From: Octopus vulgaris
Taxonomy: Eukaryota
Assembly (NCBI GenBank): GCA_951406725.2
Contig: OX597838.1
Coordinates: 5,704,001 to 5,768,000 of the forward strand
Length of the DNA: 64,000 nucleotides
Reading direction: 5' to 3'
The position numbers were made by a program, and so were the translations under genes. How positions within the stretch are numbered: the stretch's first letter is position 1; every line of letters starts with the position of its first letter. The notes under the pieces are model-generated. The model was given only the letters and a program-made list of their open reading frames with translations. It searched no databases and was not told the DNA's origin. Positions 29,290 through 44,112 of this stretch are shown piece by piece.

Positions 29290-30637
29290 TAGTATGATGT
29301 TGCCACTCTTAACTAGATATTCTCTTTTCAAGGTTGCCTTGTTGCATCTTATATTTATTTCTTTGGTAAATCCATGGACTGTCTGTAGTAATGCTTCAAG
29401 CTGTTTATATAAGGAGCGGCTGATTGTTTCACCGTAAGAGTTGTATCAGCATCTTGTTCTGTTTAGCATGTCAGATAAAGGTGTCTGGGCTAAGCAGAAA
29501 AGGAGCGGAGGGAGTGTGTCTCCATAATATATTCTTCTTCTAATGGGGATGGCTTTGGTTTTTATGAGTCTTTCTTTTGTCTGGAGCTGTAGCACTATCT
29601 CTCATTCATAGAATGTTTTATATATTTTATGAATATTGGTGTTACCTTGTTCGTGGGTAGTATTTCTATGTATTCATGTGTGGGGAATACTATAAAAGGC
29701 CTTTCGGTAATCGATCTAGGACATACTTATACCCTTCTTGTTTGTGCGGCTGTCTTCAGATATTGCTTTAATGAAGAGTAGCTGATCTTTACAGCCGTAT
29801 GTGTCCTTGCAGCATCCCTTTTGCTCTTCTGGAAACAGGTTGTTTTCTTCTAGATGTTTTCCCATTCACTGCGATAATATTGAAGTAAAGACTTTGTATA
29901 TTGTAAGGAGATAACTGTTCGGTCTGTAGTTTTGTGGGTTTGGCGTTTCAGTGGATTTGGGAATTAGGATATTTTTTGCTTCCGGGAGTCATTCAGGCAT
30001 TACCCCTGGCTAGTATTTCATTAAATTTCTCAGCCAGATTTTCATGTGATAATGTTAGGTATTTCAACCAGAAGTTGGGGATCTTTCTTTGCTCGGGTAC
30101 GTTACAGTTGCTTAGTTTTTGCAGTGCGCAGGTGACCTCTATTTGTTATAGGGGTCCAGAGTTGTTCAGGTAGTGTGTTCATTGTTTTATAGAAATTTTC
30201 CGACCATAATCCATTCCAAAATGCTTCCACTTCTGCCGCTGGTTCTGCATTTATCTCTATTTATTTCATTTTCCCAAGTTGGTAGAATCTTTTGGTGTTG
30301 GTGTTAAACTGTTTGCTTTGATCAATGAAACGTTGGCGTTTCTCATACCAGAGGATTCGTTTTGCTTTGGGGTGGGGGTATCTTGCTTTCCCTGATTATT
30401 TTTTTCTTTTTATACATCAGGTATAACTTCCTCTATATTTTGCATTTGTGCTGTAGTATTTTTCTTCTCACCTTGTTGCAGTGTCGCTTGTTCACTAGGT
30501 TCGTTAAGGTTTCACAGGACCTTTCTCCAATTTTCATCTTTGTTTTTTTTATGGTTTTTTGATATTATTCATCCAAAAGGTTTGTTTGGGTGGTGATGCT
30601 CCTCTCTGGATACATTTTAGGGGTTATACAACTCCTT
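29290..30637 (-). mobile_element. R4/Dong-clade (RLE) non-LTR retrotransposon fragment, RT region, abutting an (ATG)n/(ATA)n microsatellite
   Basis: LFPEEQKGCCKDTYGCKDQLLFIKAISEDS and IDYRKAFYSIPH motifs, with many stops and frameshifts. Confidence 0.85.
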
Positions 30638-30714
30638 TCATCATCATCATCACATCATCATCACCATGATCATCATTACCATCGTCGTCGTAGTCATCAA
30701 CGTCGTCGTCGTCG

Positions 30715-30757
<43 letters not shown>

Positions 30758-30772
30758 TATTATTATTATTAT
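30638..30772. repeat. (CAT)n/(CGT)n/(TAT)n compound microsatellite
   Basis: Direct inspection. Confidence 0.95.
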
Positions 30773-31626
30773 TGATCATAGAATTGAAAAATGTATTATT
30801 TGGCACTCATTGCTGAGTTAGGATATTCTTTGTCGAATTTCAGTCACGATATAAGCGCTAACACTACATCTTTATTTCCAAATATATCAACAGCTCTTAA
30901 AGTGTTATCTATCTCGAAAAGAACAAATCGAAAATGAAAACATACATACATACATACATTTTCCGAGAAAGCATTCATCAACGGATGTTTCAACTTTTTA
31001 GGAAAAAAGCTTAAATCAAATCAGTAAAGATGCGAGATCATTTTAGCAGCTATTATACTCCATCGCTACAGCGTTATGCATCACAATGGCAGCTGTCTTT
31101 TCTGATTCCATATTAACCCTTGTGGAAACATCTATTCTAAAATGTAATTAACTATTTGTTCTGATGTATCTGTATGTGCATTCAGACATATATTACCTTC
31201 CTATCTGTAGATTCAGATACGTGTTATAGCCTCTTATTTGTACGTAGCTCTTAGCTTCTTGGAAAGCTTTCTATTCTGAGAGAGCTATTCTAATTTGTTC
31301 ACTGTCCTATACGGCTTTAATGGATTGCATACCATATATATATATATATATATATATATATCTGACTACGAATCAATCTATTTGTATACGTAATATAGTA
31401 AAGAAACACCTCTCTCCATTTCTCTATATTCCAGTCCATTTCACTCAATTCTTCTCTCTTGCTTTCCTTGTATATATATGCATGTATGTATACACACATA
31501 TATACATAAATATCTGAATACGCACACATATATGTGTGTGTATAATAAGTTGTACACTGATACACGAGCATATGTATATACACACATATATATGCATATA
31601 CGTGTGTATGTGTGTGCGCGCGTGTG

Positions 31627-31676
<50 letters not shown>

Positions 31677-32049
31677 TATGCAGAGAGAAAGAGAGAGAGA
31701 GATAGATGTACATTTTCACATTATATATTATGCGTCATGCGGATTTGTTATATCATATCGACATCTCATGGAGATTTAGCAGCGCTTCTCATTCATCCAT
31801 TCTTTCAAATATTCCTCTGAAAATAGTATTTATAATAATAATTATGGTGTCTTGAGGTGGCAAGATGGTGACGAGAGAAGAACAGTGAAAGTATGCACTG
31901 CAAAAACTGTGTGGACCTCACACAGAGTAGAAAAATATCTATATTTCTTGGAAAGACACAAGATGTGAGATAAAATATTAAAATAAATATGCAAAATTTA
32001 TGAATACAAGACATATGAAAACACAAATTAGTAATTCTCTGATAAAAAT

Positions 32050-33450
32050 TCCCACTCTTAGTTCACTTACAGTATGACATTCAAAATTTATATCTCCTCA
32101 CCTTTGAAAGGAAGCTCGCTACTCTCATCTATACTCCAAAAGAGTAACACATCGCTTTCTGTCCTGAGATTATATTCCAAACGGTACTTTAAAAAAATAA
32201 TTGAATGGTATCTTGAAGAGGTGCTTGGCCAAATATATAGATTTCATTGCCCGTTCTAAAGCGTATTTTCGTCATAGCTTCACGAGAGAGCCGTAATCCA
32301 CCGGTTGCTTCTTTATTGGACAAAAATTGTGTTATGGTAAGTCGTCAGATAACTACTATAATCGATATCCATTCTATACTCCACATAAAAAGATCGATTT
32401 TATCTTGGGAAGTGAGTAATCTTTGCATACTGAACGATTGTATTGGCTAAGGTTTCATCGCGTTGTACATATTCTGATTTTTTTTTTTATTTGATTTTTC
32501 CAGTTTCAGCTAATGAGCTGTGGCCATGCTGGGGCACCGCCATTTATTTATCGGTGAAGCTCGTAAAACTTCATCCAATTTCATGTAGAATTTATCAAAA
32601 AATGACCCCATGCTACTAATAGCACGTAATGGTAAAATGCATCTGGATGTTGTCTCTAATCACTGACGGGAATGATATTTTAGATCGATATTAAATCACT
32701 CCTTATTCATCCCAGAAACGTAATCCAGTTATGTTCTGGACGTTTCAACGACTGCGATGCCCAGTCGCGTATGCTGTGATATCAGTGGCAACATTCCACA
32801 AATCGGACTTTTAATTCCGCTCTTTACTTGACTGAGGATGGCAGAGAGATGAGACAGTGGAAGTGTAGAAAGATGCAAAACACAATAGGTGGACACACCT
32901 ATTCACTGTCGTATTTGGCCCGATTTTCTCTCTGCAAATGTTGCAGCGTCAGAGCATTCCAGCTCCTCATTAACCACAGCATTAATTCTTTGGACAAGGA
33001 AGGAAAAGACATAATTTCTAAGTCGCTGAGATATGCCACGGAAGAAATTGGAACAATCAAATGAAGCAATGTAGGATTCAATCAATTTCTATTAACCATT
33101 TAAGGACAAATTCCTCTCAGCTGAATACTGGACAATGCTAACTATTTTCAATATTTTGTCTACCCTTTTTAATACTTTATCGACCAAATCGCGAATAATT
33201 TAACAGATTCCTTGGTCCAGAAACAGGATCCACACTTTTAGACGGAGTTGCTTTACCGGACACCGAACTGAATTCTGATCGATTTATTATGCTTAATGTA
33301 TTCTGTATTAGCAGCATTGTAACCCCTCGTGTATATTTCTTGACATATCATTTTCCTATATGTCCGACGTCTCCGATGCCATGTGCGTTGTTTTACAACA
33401 CTAGAGGGTGTATGTGCTGGACTAAAATTTTGATGTAACACGAACAAATG
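32050..33450 (-). mobile_element. Highly decayed hAT-superfamily (ZMYM1-like) transposase relic
   Basis: Minus-strand peptides KILKIVSIVQYSAERNLSLNG (cf. IIQFLAERNLAFRG) and LSAILSQVKS occur in the expected order; heavily degenerate. Confidence 0.45.
32485..32545 (-). mobile_element. ~60-bp retroposon tail (LINE/SINE 3' end)
   Basis: Reverse complement aaatggcggtgccccagcatggccacagctcattagctgaaactgg plus an A-rich tail; near-identical to 54943-55002. Confidence 0.7.
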
Positions 33451-36400
33451 CAGTTGTACGTAGTTGCTGTCTATTCTCTTAAGATATTGTCTAAACCGGA
33501 TACATATAGGATATTCACCTTGTAATAATGCTAAACGTTGTTTAAAGCAATAACTTGATCTAAACTAATGAACATCCATCAAAGTCAGGTATACTCTCAA
33601 TCTATAGTATAACGTATGCATGAAATGTAACCACCTGGTATATATTAGTCCTAGTGGTTGTTTCGGATTCGAATGATACAACATTACCTAACGACAATCT
33701 CCAAATTCTTGCCAAGCAATTTTGCCAAAATGTTGAGCTCTGTATTTACCAAAAGTATCGACAGAAAATGGTGTGGTAAGTTCCTATTGTCAGGATTCTT
33801 GAGAAACAAGTTCAACATACTTGTTCTAAATATATTCTCTTAATTTCGCTTCAGATTAGGAATGGTGACATTCCATTAATATCACCATTCCTCGGCTTGC
33901 AACATTTGGGAGAGTTTCCGGTCTGCTACCGGATAGCGTATGTCTTCCCAAACAGAATAACTAACAATTCGGGAATATTAAGAATATGCACGTTTCCGGC
34001 GACCTAATTCAGTCGGAGGTTTTATCGGCATCGTTGACCCTTTCAGTTGTTACTTGCAATTCAAAATAAACCACAGCTCGAATGATATAATAAGAGGGAT
34101 AGTTTGCGAGTCTCTTATACTGTCAACGTAAACCAACAGCAGATTTAAGATATGGCAACATCACTAACACATATCTCAAAGATTTCGAGACGTATTTGGC
34201 ATTTAGAATCTCGCCCTGGCAATTCGACTTGAAGGTAGGCAGTGTTGAAATGGATTTATTTCTCATAATCAAATTTTGCACATCTCTTTCATTTTCTTTT
34301 TTCTTATATACAGTGTTTGAATATGGTGTTCTAAACTACTATGATGTACAGTGAGTAAACTAGAGCAGATGTATTGATAAATTATATGTAGTCATCGAAG
34401 ACAGGAAGCAATCACTCATCTAAAGTAGTTATTAACACTTTAAAACTGTGTTTAATATGACATATGAGTTAGTCGCTAATAACAGCATTTTTCAACGTGC
34501 ATATTACAACAACGTTCACTACAAACCTCGTATTACTTGTTAAACTGACTAGCAATTATATTTACTGCTAATCAAATAATTACTGTGTTAGGTAGTAGCT
34601 TTCCACTATAAAATGTGCACACCTCCAAACACCACCGCACATCCGCGCATCCTATGGCGCATTCAACAACACCTACACCATCTGCTTCATGTGAAATAAA
34701 ACAGAACAAAGCAAATATTATTCAACAATGGCCATAGCAGTTGTCGACTAATACATAGTATGCTAAAACTATTTAATCAGAAATATCTATAATACCAATT
34801 CACCATATCAAATTCCAGAAAACTTATGTACTCTTGATAATACATATCACATATTACGAGAAATATACATAACAAAATGAAATACACACTTTTAACAGCA
34901 AAATAGATGAAAGCAACTCTTATGAATAACATAATACAGAGAACCTGAAGCGTTAACACAAATGATAAAAATATATTTATACAACATCGGAGAACTTCAA
35001 AATAGTGGAATGTCAGTGACTCGTAGAAAGCAAATAACAATGGTATAATCTCTCTCTCTCAGTCTCTCTCAGTCTCTCTCAGTCCCTCTCTCTCCCTATC
35101 TATCTCTTTCTCGATCTATTACTAAAACAACTAAAGTAGTCGTACATATTGGGATGTCCTCAGGAGGGTTGTAAATATCAAAACACGGCCAACGTTGGGA
35201 AGAATTAATGCGTATGTAAGTTGTTATTGCAGATTTTTAAAACCTAGGTTCTCCCTTATCGCACAAACATATTACCGAAACCGTTCCAGCTCTGCACACT
35301 TTGTGTATGTGGGGAGTAGTACTTCTGTGTGTGAGTGTGAGTACTTGTGTGCTTGGGTACTTGGTGTACATGAGAACTTGTGTGTATTTGTGTGTATGTG
35401 TGAGTACTTCTCTGAATGTACTTATGCGCGTGTATCTGTGTATGTGTAATTGTGTGTGTGTGTGTGCATACATGCATATCATGTTTTCTTACTTGTTCCA
35501 ATCACTGTACTGCGACCATGCTGGAGCATCATCTGCAAGGATCGAGTCGAACAAATTGATGACTGCTTAATTGTACTGCTTCAGTCGGTCTCTTTTGTCA
35601 AGGACGTAAACAAACGAACACCTATTATTAAGCGATGGTGAGGGACAATCAGGAAAGTAAACACATATTCTTTCATTCATATAAATGTTCGCGAACATAC
35701 ACACATATGTAGGGGAAAGGCGAGAGATAAACGGATATATACAAATATGCATATGTACACTCTGACACAAACGCACACACTGATGCAGAAACATACACTC
35801 ACATACAGACACAGACACAAACACATAAGCACCCCCCACATATATGTATCTACTAAGCACTTTGTGGGGAAGGTGAGAAAACGCACAGCACGGTCTCGCT
35901 CTTAGTGAACAGGAAGTAGAAACGGCAATCGCAGTGTCAGTAATACTCCTATGCGATATTACAAAACCTTTCTAAATTCAGCTTGCAGGCATACCATTGG
36001 AGATTAAAGCAATCCTATCCACTGCTTTTGAAAAGAGACTACCATGTAAATAATCAATAATGCATTTAATATTCTTGTGATATTCGTTACAGAACAGTTT
36101 TACAAATCTTAAATTTCCCGCTTCATTCAATAATGCAGTAAAACTATTTGGAAACGTTAAAGGTTAATCAGAGATTCCAGACGTGTTACTATATCTAGCA
36201 TTTATGTATATTGATGCTTTACACAGCGACCTTACTGAAATTAACCGAGCCAAGCATTGTCATATTCATACACGCTTGAATGTATCCATGCATACAAACA
36301 TACAGACATACACAAACACACATGACATGTGTGTATAAATGTAAACAAACATTTTTTTTTTCTTTTCCATTTATTAAAAATCATCGTAATGTTTATTACA

Positions 36401-36514
36401 CGATAGAAATAAGATGATATTTTGTCGAGCGCCGAGTTGCCGCTAGAAATACTGGGTGAATTGCCCTCACAAGGCGGACACTTTGTCAACAACCAGCCGT
36501 AACACCTCACTTGT

Positions 36515-37125
<611 letters not shown>

Positions 37126-38115
37126 GATATCTTTATATGGCTTCAGAAAAAGCAAGGTATATCGACTGGCGAGATGCCAGAAATGACTAAATACGCCAAC
37201 ATAGATCTCACATTCAAATAAGAAACAATATTTTGTGTGCAACCCAGGTAATATTACATCAGATAACATAAGGTGCATACCGTTATTGCTCAGCTTCCTT
37301 GAGTTCAAACTGAAAAAGCAGGTATGTCATGGCTTCCTAATTAAGATTTGGCAATAGGCAGTATTTCCATTGATCTGGTAGATATAGAACAGAATACAAT
37401 TATTATTAAAGTTGAAAGAGGAAAACAACTGTCATCAAGTCATAGTATGAAGTTAAGATTGCAATTATAATGTTGGTTTAGAATTATTTGGAAGGAAACG
37501 ATAACCTCCATATGTGTGCCCGAAAATGCTATTAGAGGTTATCTTTACATCTTCCCTCATTCCTCTTTTCATTACCTTCAGTCTTGTAGTCACCCCCACG
37601 ATGACCGGCTTTACTTAAGTCAATAATTCAGACTCAATGCTGGCATATACCATATATCATTATGGACATACTTTAACTGCCCTTTTATCGATTACTTCCG
37701 GTCAATAAACCTGTAAGCACAAAACATGTTTAAATAAAAGAAAAAAAAATGTTAGTAACAATCATTTTCTTGTTTATACCTTTACCTTATCACAAAAACA
37801 TGTGTTTTTTTCGACTAAAGGCGCTGCTCCAGCGTGACCGCAGTCAAATTACTGAAACAACTATGGCCTGATGGTTAGGTATATGGATTCAGGATCGCTA
37901 GATCGAGGCTGCAATCTCAAATTCCGCTGAGTTTTTGTTCTTCAGCGTAAAGTTTCATTCCAATTTGCGCTACAACCACTTCGACGCACCAAGTTCCTAT
38001 TCTCAGGAGAACAAGTCGATGAGATGGAGAGAGCTGAGCTAACGTACAGCACTTTAAATTGATCATTAGAAGAAAAGCATTTCTGCCGGTTCTTATGAAA
38101 TTGCAGAAACGACAG

Positions 38116-38177
<62 letters not shown>

Positions 38178-38232
38178 TGAAACGTAAGCTTGCACACACA
38201 TAAGTATGTAGAATGATAGATATTAAAATAAG

Positions 38233-38304
<72 letters not shown>

Positions 38305-38416
38305 ATCTATATATTTCTCTGTCTCTCCCTCATTAACTCTCTTTTCTCTCCCTCCCAATGTATATATATATGCATATAAATATATATTTAAATATATATA
38401 TATATAAATATATATT

Positions 38417-38471
<55 letters not shown>

Positions 38472-39112
38472 TAAGTTAATACATACATAGACAACATGCA
38501 TATATTCTTACATATATACACGTACATGCATTCATACGTATATATATATATATATATAGGTACCACTATCCATCCGGCTCTGCCTATACAACTGTAAAGA
38601 TACAATTCGGCTTGAATTCTTACAAAAGTGCTATAATCCAACAACGTGGAAAACCGTCTGTGTTACAAAGCTAGATGTCAGCGCAGATTATGCAACCTAT
38701 TGGAGAATGTGCACTTATGTCGGTGCAATATTACATAAGGGTGAAGTTGAAGTAGAAATAGCAGTTGTAACAAGGCATTTTCAATCAATGATTTTATCCT
38801 ATTTGTACCCAGAACATGCATGGCGTTGCAATTGCCTTTTATCTTATAATTCTTTCCGTCTCATTCAGGTTCATCCTCTATCTCTTCTCATTCACTCCCT
38901 CACTCACTCATTCACTCACTCATTTCTTTCTATTCTCTCCATTCCTGCCGTTACAGCTCTTCTTATTCAGTGTTGTCTGTTTCACCTGCTCTCTCACCTG
39001 CCGCAGCATACATGTCCATATACATTATATATATATATATATATATATATAAAGCTTTTGGCTGTTATTTCTAGTGGGTGAATGGCCTATTATGGCCGTT
39101 CCTTGATTGTGA

Positions 39113-39261
<149 letters not shown>

Positions 39262-39608
39262 TGTGTGTATGCATACGTGTATGCCTATGTACATATATAT
39301 ACTTACAAGCGCATACACACAGACACACACAGACACACACACACACATTTAAGAACGGTTAAATGACATCCCAATAGTGAATAAACAAAAATAATCATTC
39401 AAATTAATTCCATTTCTTTCTCTATCAACCTAGAAATGCGCATGCATACACACACACACACTCACACACACATAATACACACACACATACAAACATATAC
39501 AGCGTAGCTTGTATGTATTTATAAATGCATACATATATAAATATATATACATGCATAAACTATATATATATATATATTCATACATATCCACACACGCACG
39601 CACACACG

Positions 39609-39639
<31 letters not shown>

Positions 39640-39753
39640 GAAACTCAATACGTATTCTTTGGATGTATGAATGTACACAGCTTCCACGTAAAGGTGTGCT
39701 GTACTAGTCAACATGTGTGTGTGTGTTTGTGTGTAGTTATGTATATACACATT

Positions 39754-39789
<36 letters not shown>

Positions 39790-40532
39790 TGTGTGTGTGT
39801 GTGTGTGTGTATGTTTGAGCCTGTGTTTTTTTCCTGGATCTAACTTTTCATGTTTCTCATTCATTCTCTTCCCATTGACAATCTCATTATCCGTTCTGCG
39901 TATCCATGCATGTAGCTTTCCATCCTAGCTACCTGTTTTGCATTTTTTTTTTCGTTCCTTCCCACCACCCCATTTCTTTCTGTCATCTTTTACATGTCCT
40001 GTGTCAATACCCTCCGTAATTCCTTTCTACCTTCATACATACCTACATACATGCGCACACAGTCACACACGTTCACACACTCACAGAACACACACACACA
40101 CATATATATATAATATATAAGCATATATAAAGCTTCTCTCAACCTTTTCAATTATATCATTTGCATCATTTTCGCCTCTTTCTTTCCCTCTGATATCCAT
40201 TCCACTTCTTTCTTTCTACCTTGCCGTTGTATCTTTTAACTCTTCATTTTCATTATTACAACGTTTCGTCTCTATTTCGTGTCTCTCCTCTTTCATCTAT
40301 TCCCGTTTTCTCTCATTCTGCGCTCTCAATGTATCTGGTTCTCCTCATTCCATGCGTATTGTTTTCTTCTTTTTATATATCAGCCGATGTCTTAATCTTC
40401 TTCTGCTGTTACTCGTCTAGTAGCCTTTATACCTATCTATCTCTCTCCCTATCTCTCTCCATATCTCTCTCTCTCTCTCTCTCTTTCTATCTATCTATCA
40501 ATCTATCTATCTATCACTATATATATATATCT

Positions 40533-40602
<70 letters not shown>

Positions 40603-40640
40603 ATCCATCCATCCATCTATCTATCTATCTATCTATCTCT

Positions 40641-40706
<66 letters not shown>

Positions 40707-40709
40707 ATA

Positions 40710-40779
<70 letters not shown>

Positions 40780-41321
40780 CCTACCTACCTATCTATCTAT
40801 ATATCTACCTATATGTATGTCTATCTATTGATCTATCTGTCTATCTATCTGTCTGTCTATCTATCTACCTACCTATCTATCTATCGAGGCAGATAGGTAG
40901 AGAGACAGATAGATAGATAGGTACATACATACATACATGCTTACATACATACATAATACATACATACATACATACATACATACATACATACATACATACA
41001 TAGGAAGGGGAATGCTAAAGAGAGATTGGGAGAGAGAGTGATACATTGATACGCCATTGTGCGATTTTGTGCTGGTGTGTTCATGCACATATAGATTGTG
41101 CACATGTAAAAGCACTTACGCGCACGCATAAACATGCAAACATACCCATTTACACCCACATGTGCACTCGCACTCAAACGCATACAGAAACACAGAAACA
41201 TATACCTACATGAAGAATTACATATACATATGTATTTATACATATACACATATTTACACACACACATTTATATATATATATATATATATATATGTCTACA
41301 TAAATATATGTGTATATATAC

Positions 41322-41445
<124 letters not shown>

Positions 41446-42094
41446 TGCGGATATATATTCTATTCTCCCGCCTTATCGCATACTCCCTCACATTGACTAC
41501 ATCTCACCTCTTAGACGTTTTCGTCTCTGTTCAATTTCAATTCCTTTTTGCTTTCAATACATGTATCTTGGTCTGTAGAATATCTCCTTCACTCTCACTC
41601 TCTCTCCTCTGTCTCTCTTTCGTTTTCTCTTACCTATATTTATCTACCTTCCTTTCGCCCTCTTTTGTAATTTGTTTAGAGCATTCACCACCTTTCATTC
41701 ACACACACACACACACATAGATACAGACACAAACACACATGTTCTCAATACTTTACGTTGCTACTACAACATCAAAACCCTCTTCCATAAGTACTTTTCG
41801 CACGAGTCTTTTCAATTTCCAGTTTTCTGTATGACCTATTCTGTTGCATGATTTTCTTTCCGTAATATTTTCCAAATCAGCTACCTTCACATTTATTGCC
41901 TTCTCACACATATATTTTCTTCTTAGGCCTTTCACATTTCATTTCCTTCTTACTCAACGAACTATATCTTTCTCTGATTCTGTTTCTTTTACTCCCCTCA
42001 GTTTCTCCCTTTCTATTCTTTCTCTCTCCACCCTCTCTCTCTCTCTTCCTCAATCGCTTGCTGTTACTTCCCTCTCAATCTCTCCGTCTGGCTG

Positions 42095-42125
<31 letters not shown>

Positions 42126-42239
42126 GTGTATTTATAAGTGTGTGTGAATGTATCATTTTGACATACATACACACACATACACAAGACACGAAGATACACA
42201 AACACACGCATACATATACATAAAAAAGCATAAACATAT

Positions 42240-42490
42240 TTACGCGTAATTCCTTTGTTGGAACAATTTTGGCCTACAGCTGTTTCCAGTATTCATTGAA
42301 GGTACTATACTGATACGTTTACTCGAATTGTCTATTGATCAGTTGAGGTAAATCGAACGACCTTAGATAATTAATACTACATTCGTCAGAGCTATTAAAT
42401 CAGTTGAGTAAACCTATCAATATTGTGACTTTAATGACTACTGGAAACAGCTGTAAGCAAAATTCGCTCAAATAAAGGAATTATATGTAA
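42240..42490. repeat. Diverged inverted repeat (~90-bp arms) containing a hammerhead-like motif
   Basis: taattcctttgttggaacaattttggcctacagctgtttccagta.. pairs with ..tactggaaacagctgtaagcaaaattcgctcaaataaaggaatta. Confidence 0.8.
42272..42392 (-). ncRNA. Variant type I hammerhead-like motif
   Basis: Minus strand: GCU-CUGACGA-AUG-UAGUAUU..AAUACUG-GAAAC-AGCU-GUA^GGC, with 3 extra nt between the core and stem II. Confidence 0.6.
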
Positions 42491-43628
42491 TGACTTTTGT
42501 TTTAAAACTGTTCCTTATATATCATTCACTAAAAACCAGTTTATCGGGAGCCGATCCACGGATTTACAATATAGAATGGCGATGGACCATAACTTGGAAC
42601 GCTACCAAATGTTTACTAAGTGACATTCACTAATCTAGTTTTGTTAGCTTGGTGTGCCAACGGAGAGCTTTAGAATTATTACCAACCCACCAAGTATACG
42701 AAGGAAACATTTTGCGGTCAATTGTAAATAAATTATTTATAGCATGTGCTCGGGGACAAGGATGAGCAAACTGCTACACATGCGTTTCCATTCTTGTTGC
42801 AATCGTCGGTTGCAAGTGTGCATCCATCACAGTCCATATCTAGCCGCCAACGCAGTTCCTATAGACCTGCCAACGGTAGAGTTTAAAGCAGTGGTTCCTA
42901 AACTTTATTTGGGCTGCTCCAAAACAAGCCCCAAAATTCACATAGACAAGTCGGAGGCGAGACATCCGGCTTAGCCGAGGAAAGGGTTTTATAAAGGATG
43001 ATGCCTTAACAAAGAACATGGCTCGCTCAGTCCCAACGGGTTTACTACGTTCTCGCATACCAACACGAACCCCCTTGTATTTCCCTTAGTCCCTTAATCG
43101 GCCCGATCTTTAATAAGGTATTCTAATTCAAGATAAACCGCAGTGGGACTGAAACCGGAACGATGTGATTGGAAAATATAATTATCACCACTCACGCTGG
43201 CCAGCTCCTTTGAGCATATCTACATATTTCAAAGCCTCCAGTATACTTTACGACATTTTTTTTCTTAAATGCTTATAAAAAAATACGGTCGAGGGGAAAG
43301 AGTAGCAGGTAACAGTTTTATATACGTTTCCATTCTAGTAAGTTACTGTCTTTAGCTAGTGTGTAACATTCTTAACTGTTCACAAACTGAATATGAACCC
43401 ACTAATGTTAGGGGTGAAGTAAACTAGAAAAGGCAATTTGTATATTTAACTATTCCTTGGCAGCTATATCGAACATTAAATTACTGGTGTGTTAACTGCG
43501 TCTCATTTCATTCGCATAATATATTCTATATAGAGATGCTTCTCTGTCGATTAGTCTCTTTCTAATAACACGCGTGGATATGTCTGTGCGCGCGCATTTT
43601 CATGGCTAGTATCCATATACGTTGTATA

Positions 43629-43742
<114 letters not shown>

Positions 43743-44020
43743 CACATATACATATATATATATACATATACATACATACATGCATACATATATATACATA
43801 TATTTGTAAATATACGATTACGTATGTTTATATTTATAATATATGGTTATACACAGGTACAAAAATATGTGCTTGTGTGTTTGTGTCTGTGTGTGTGTTT
43901 TTACGTAAGTAAATCTAACTGAATATATAAATGTAGATATTATATATGTATATTTAAAGGTACATATATGTATGTGTGTATACAATTATAAGTATGTATA
44001 TATGTAAATGCGTAGGAGTA

Positions 44021-44112
<92 letters not shown>

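Noticed and set aside
33858-33892. Hairpin aggaatggtga..tcaccattcct as a Helitron 3' end
   Set aside because: There is no downstream CTRR terminus; an isolated 11-bp stem may be chance or part of a DNA-transposon end.
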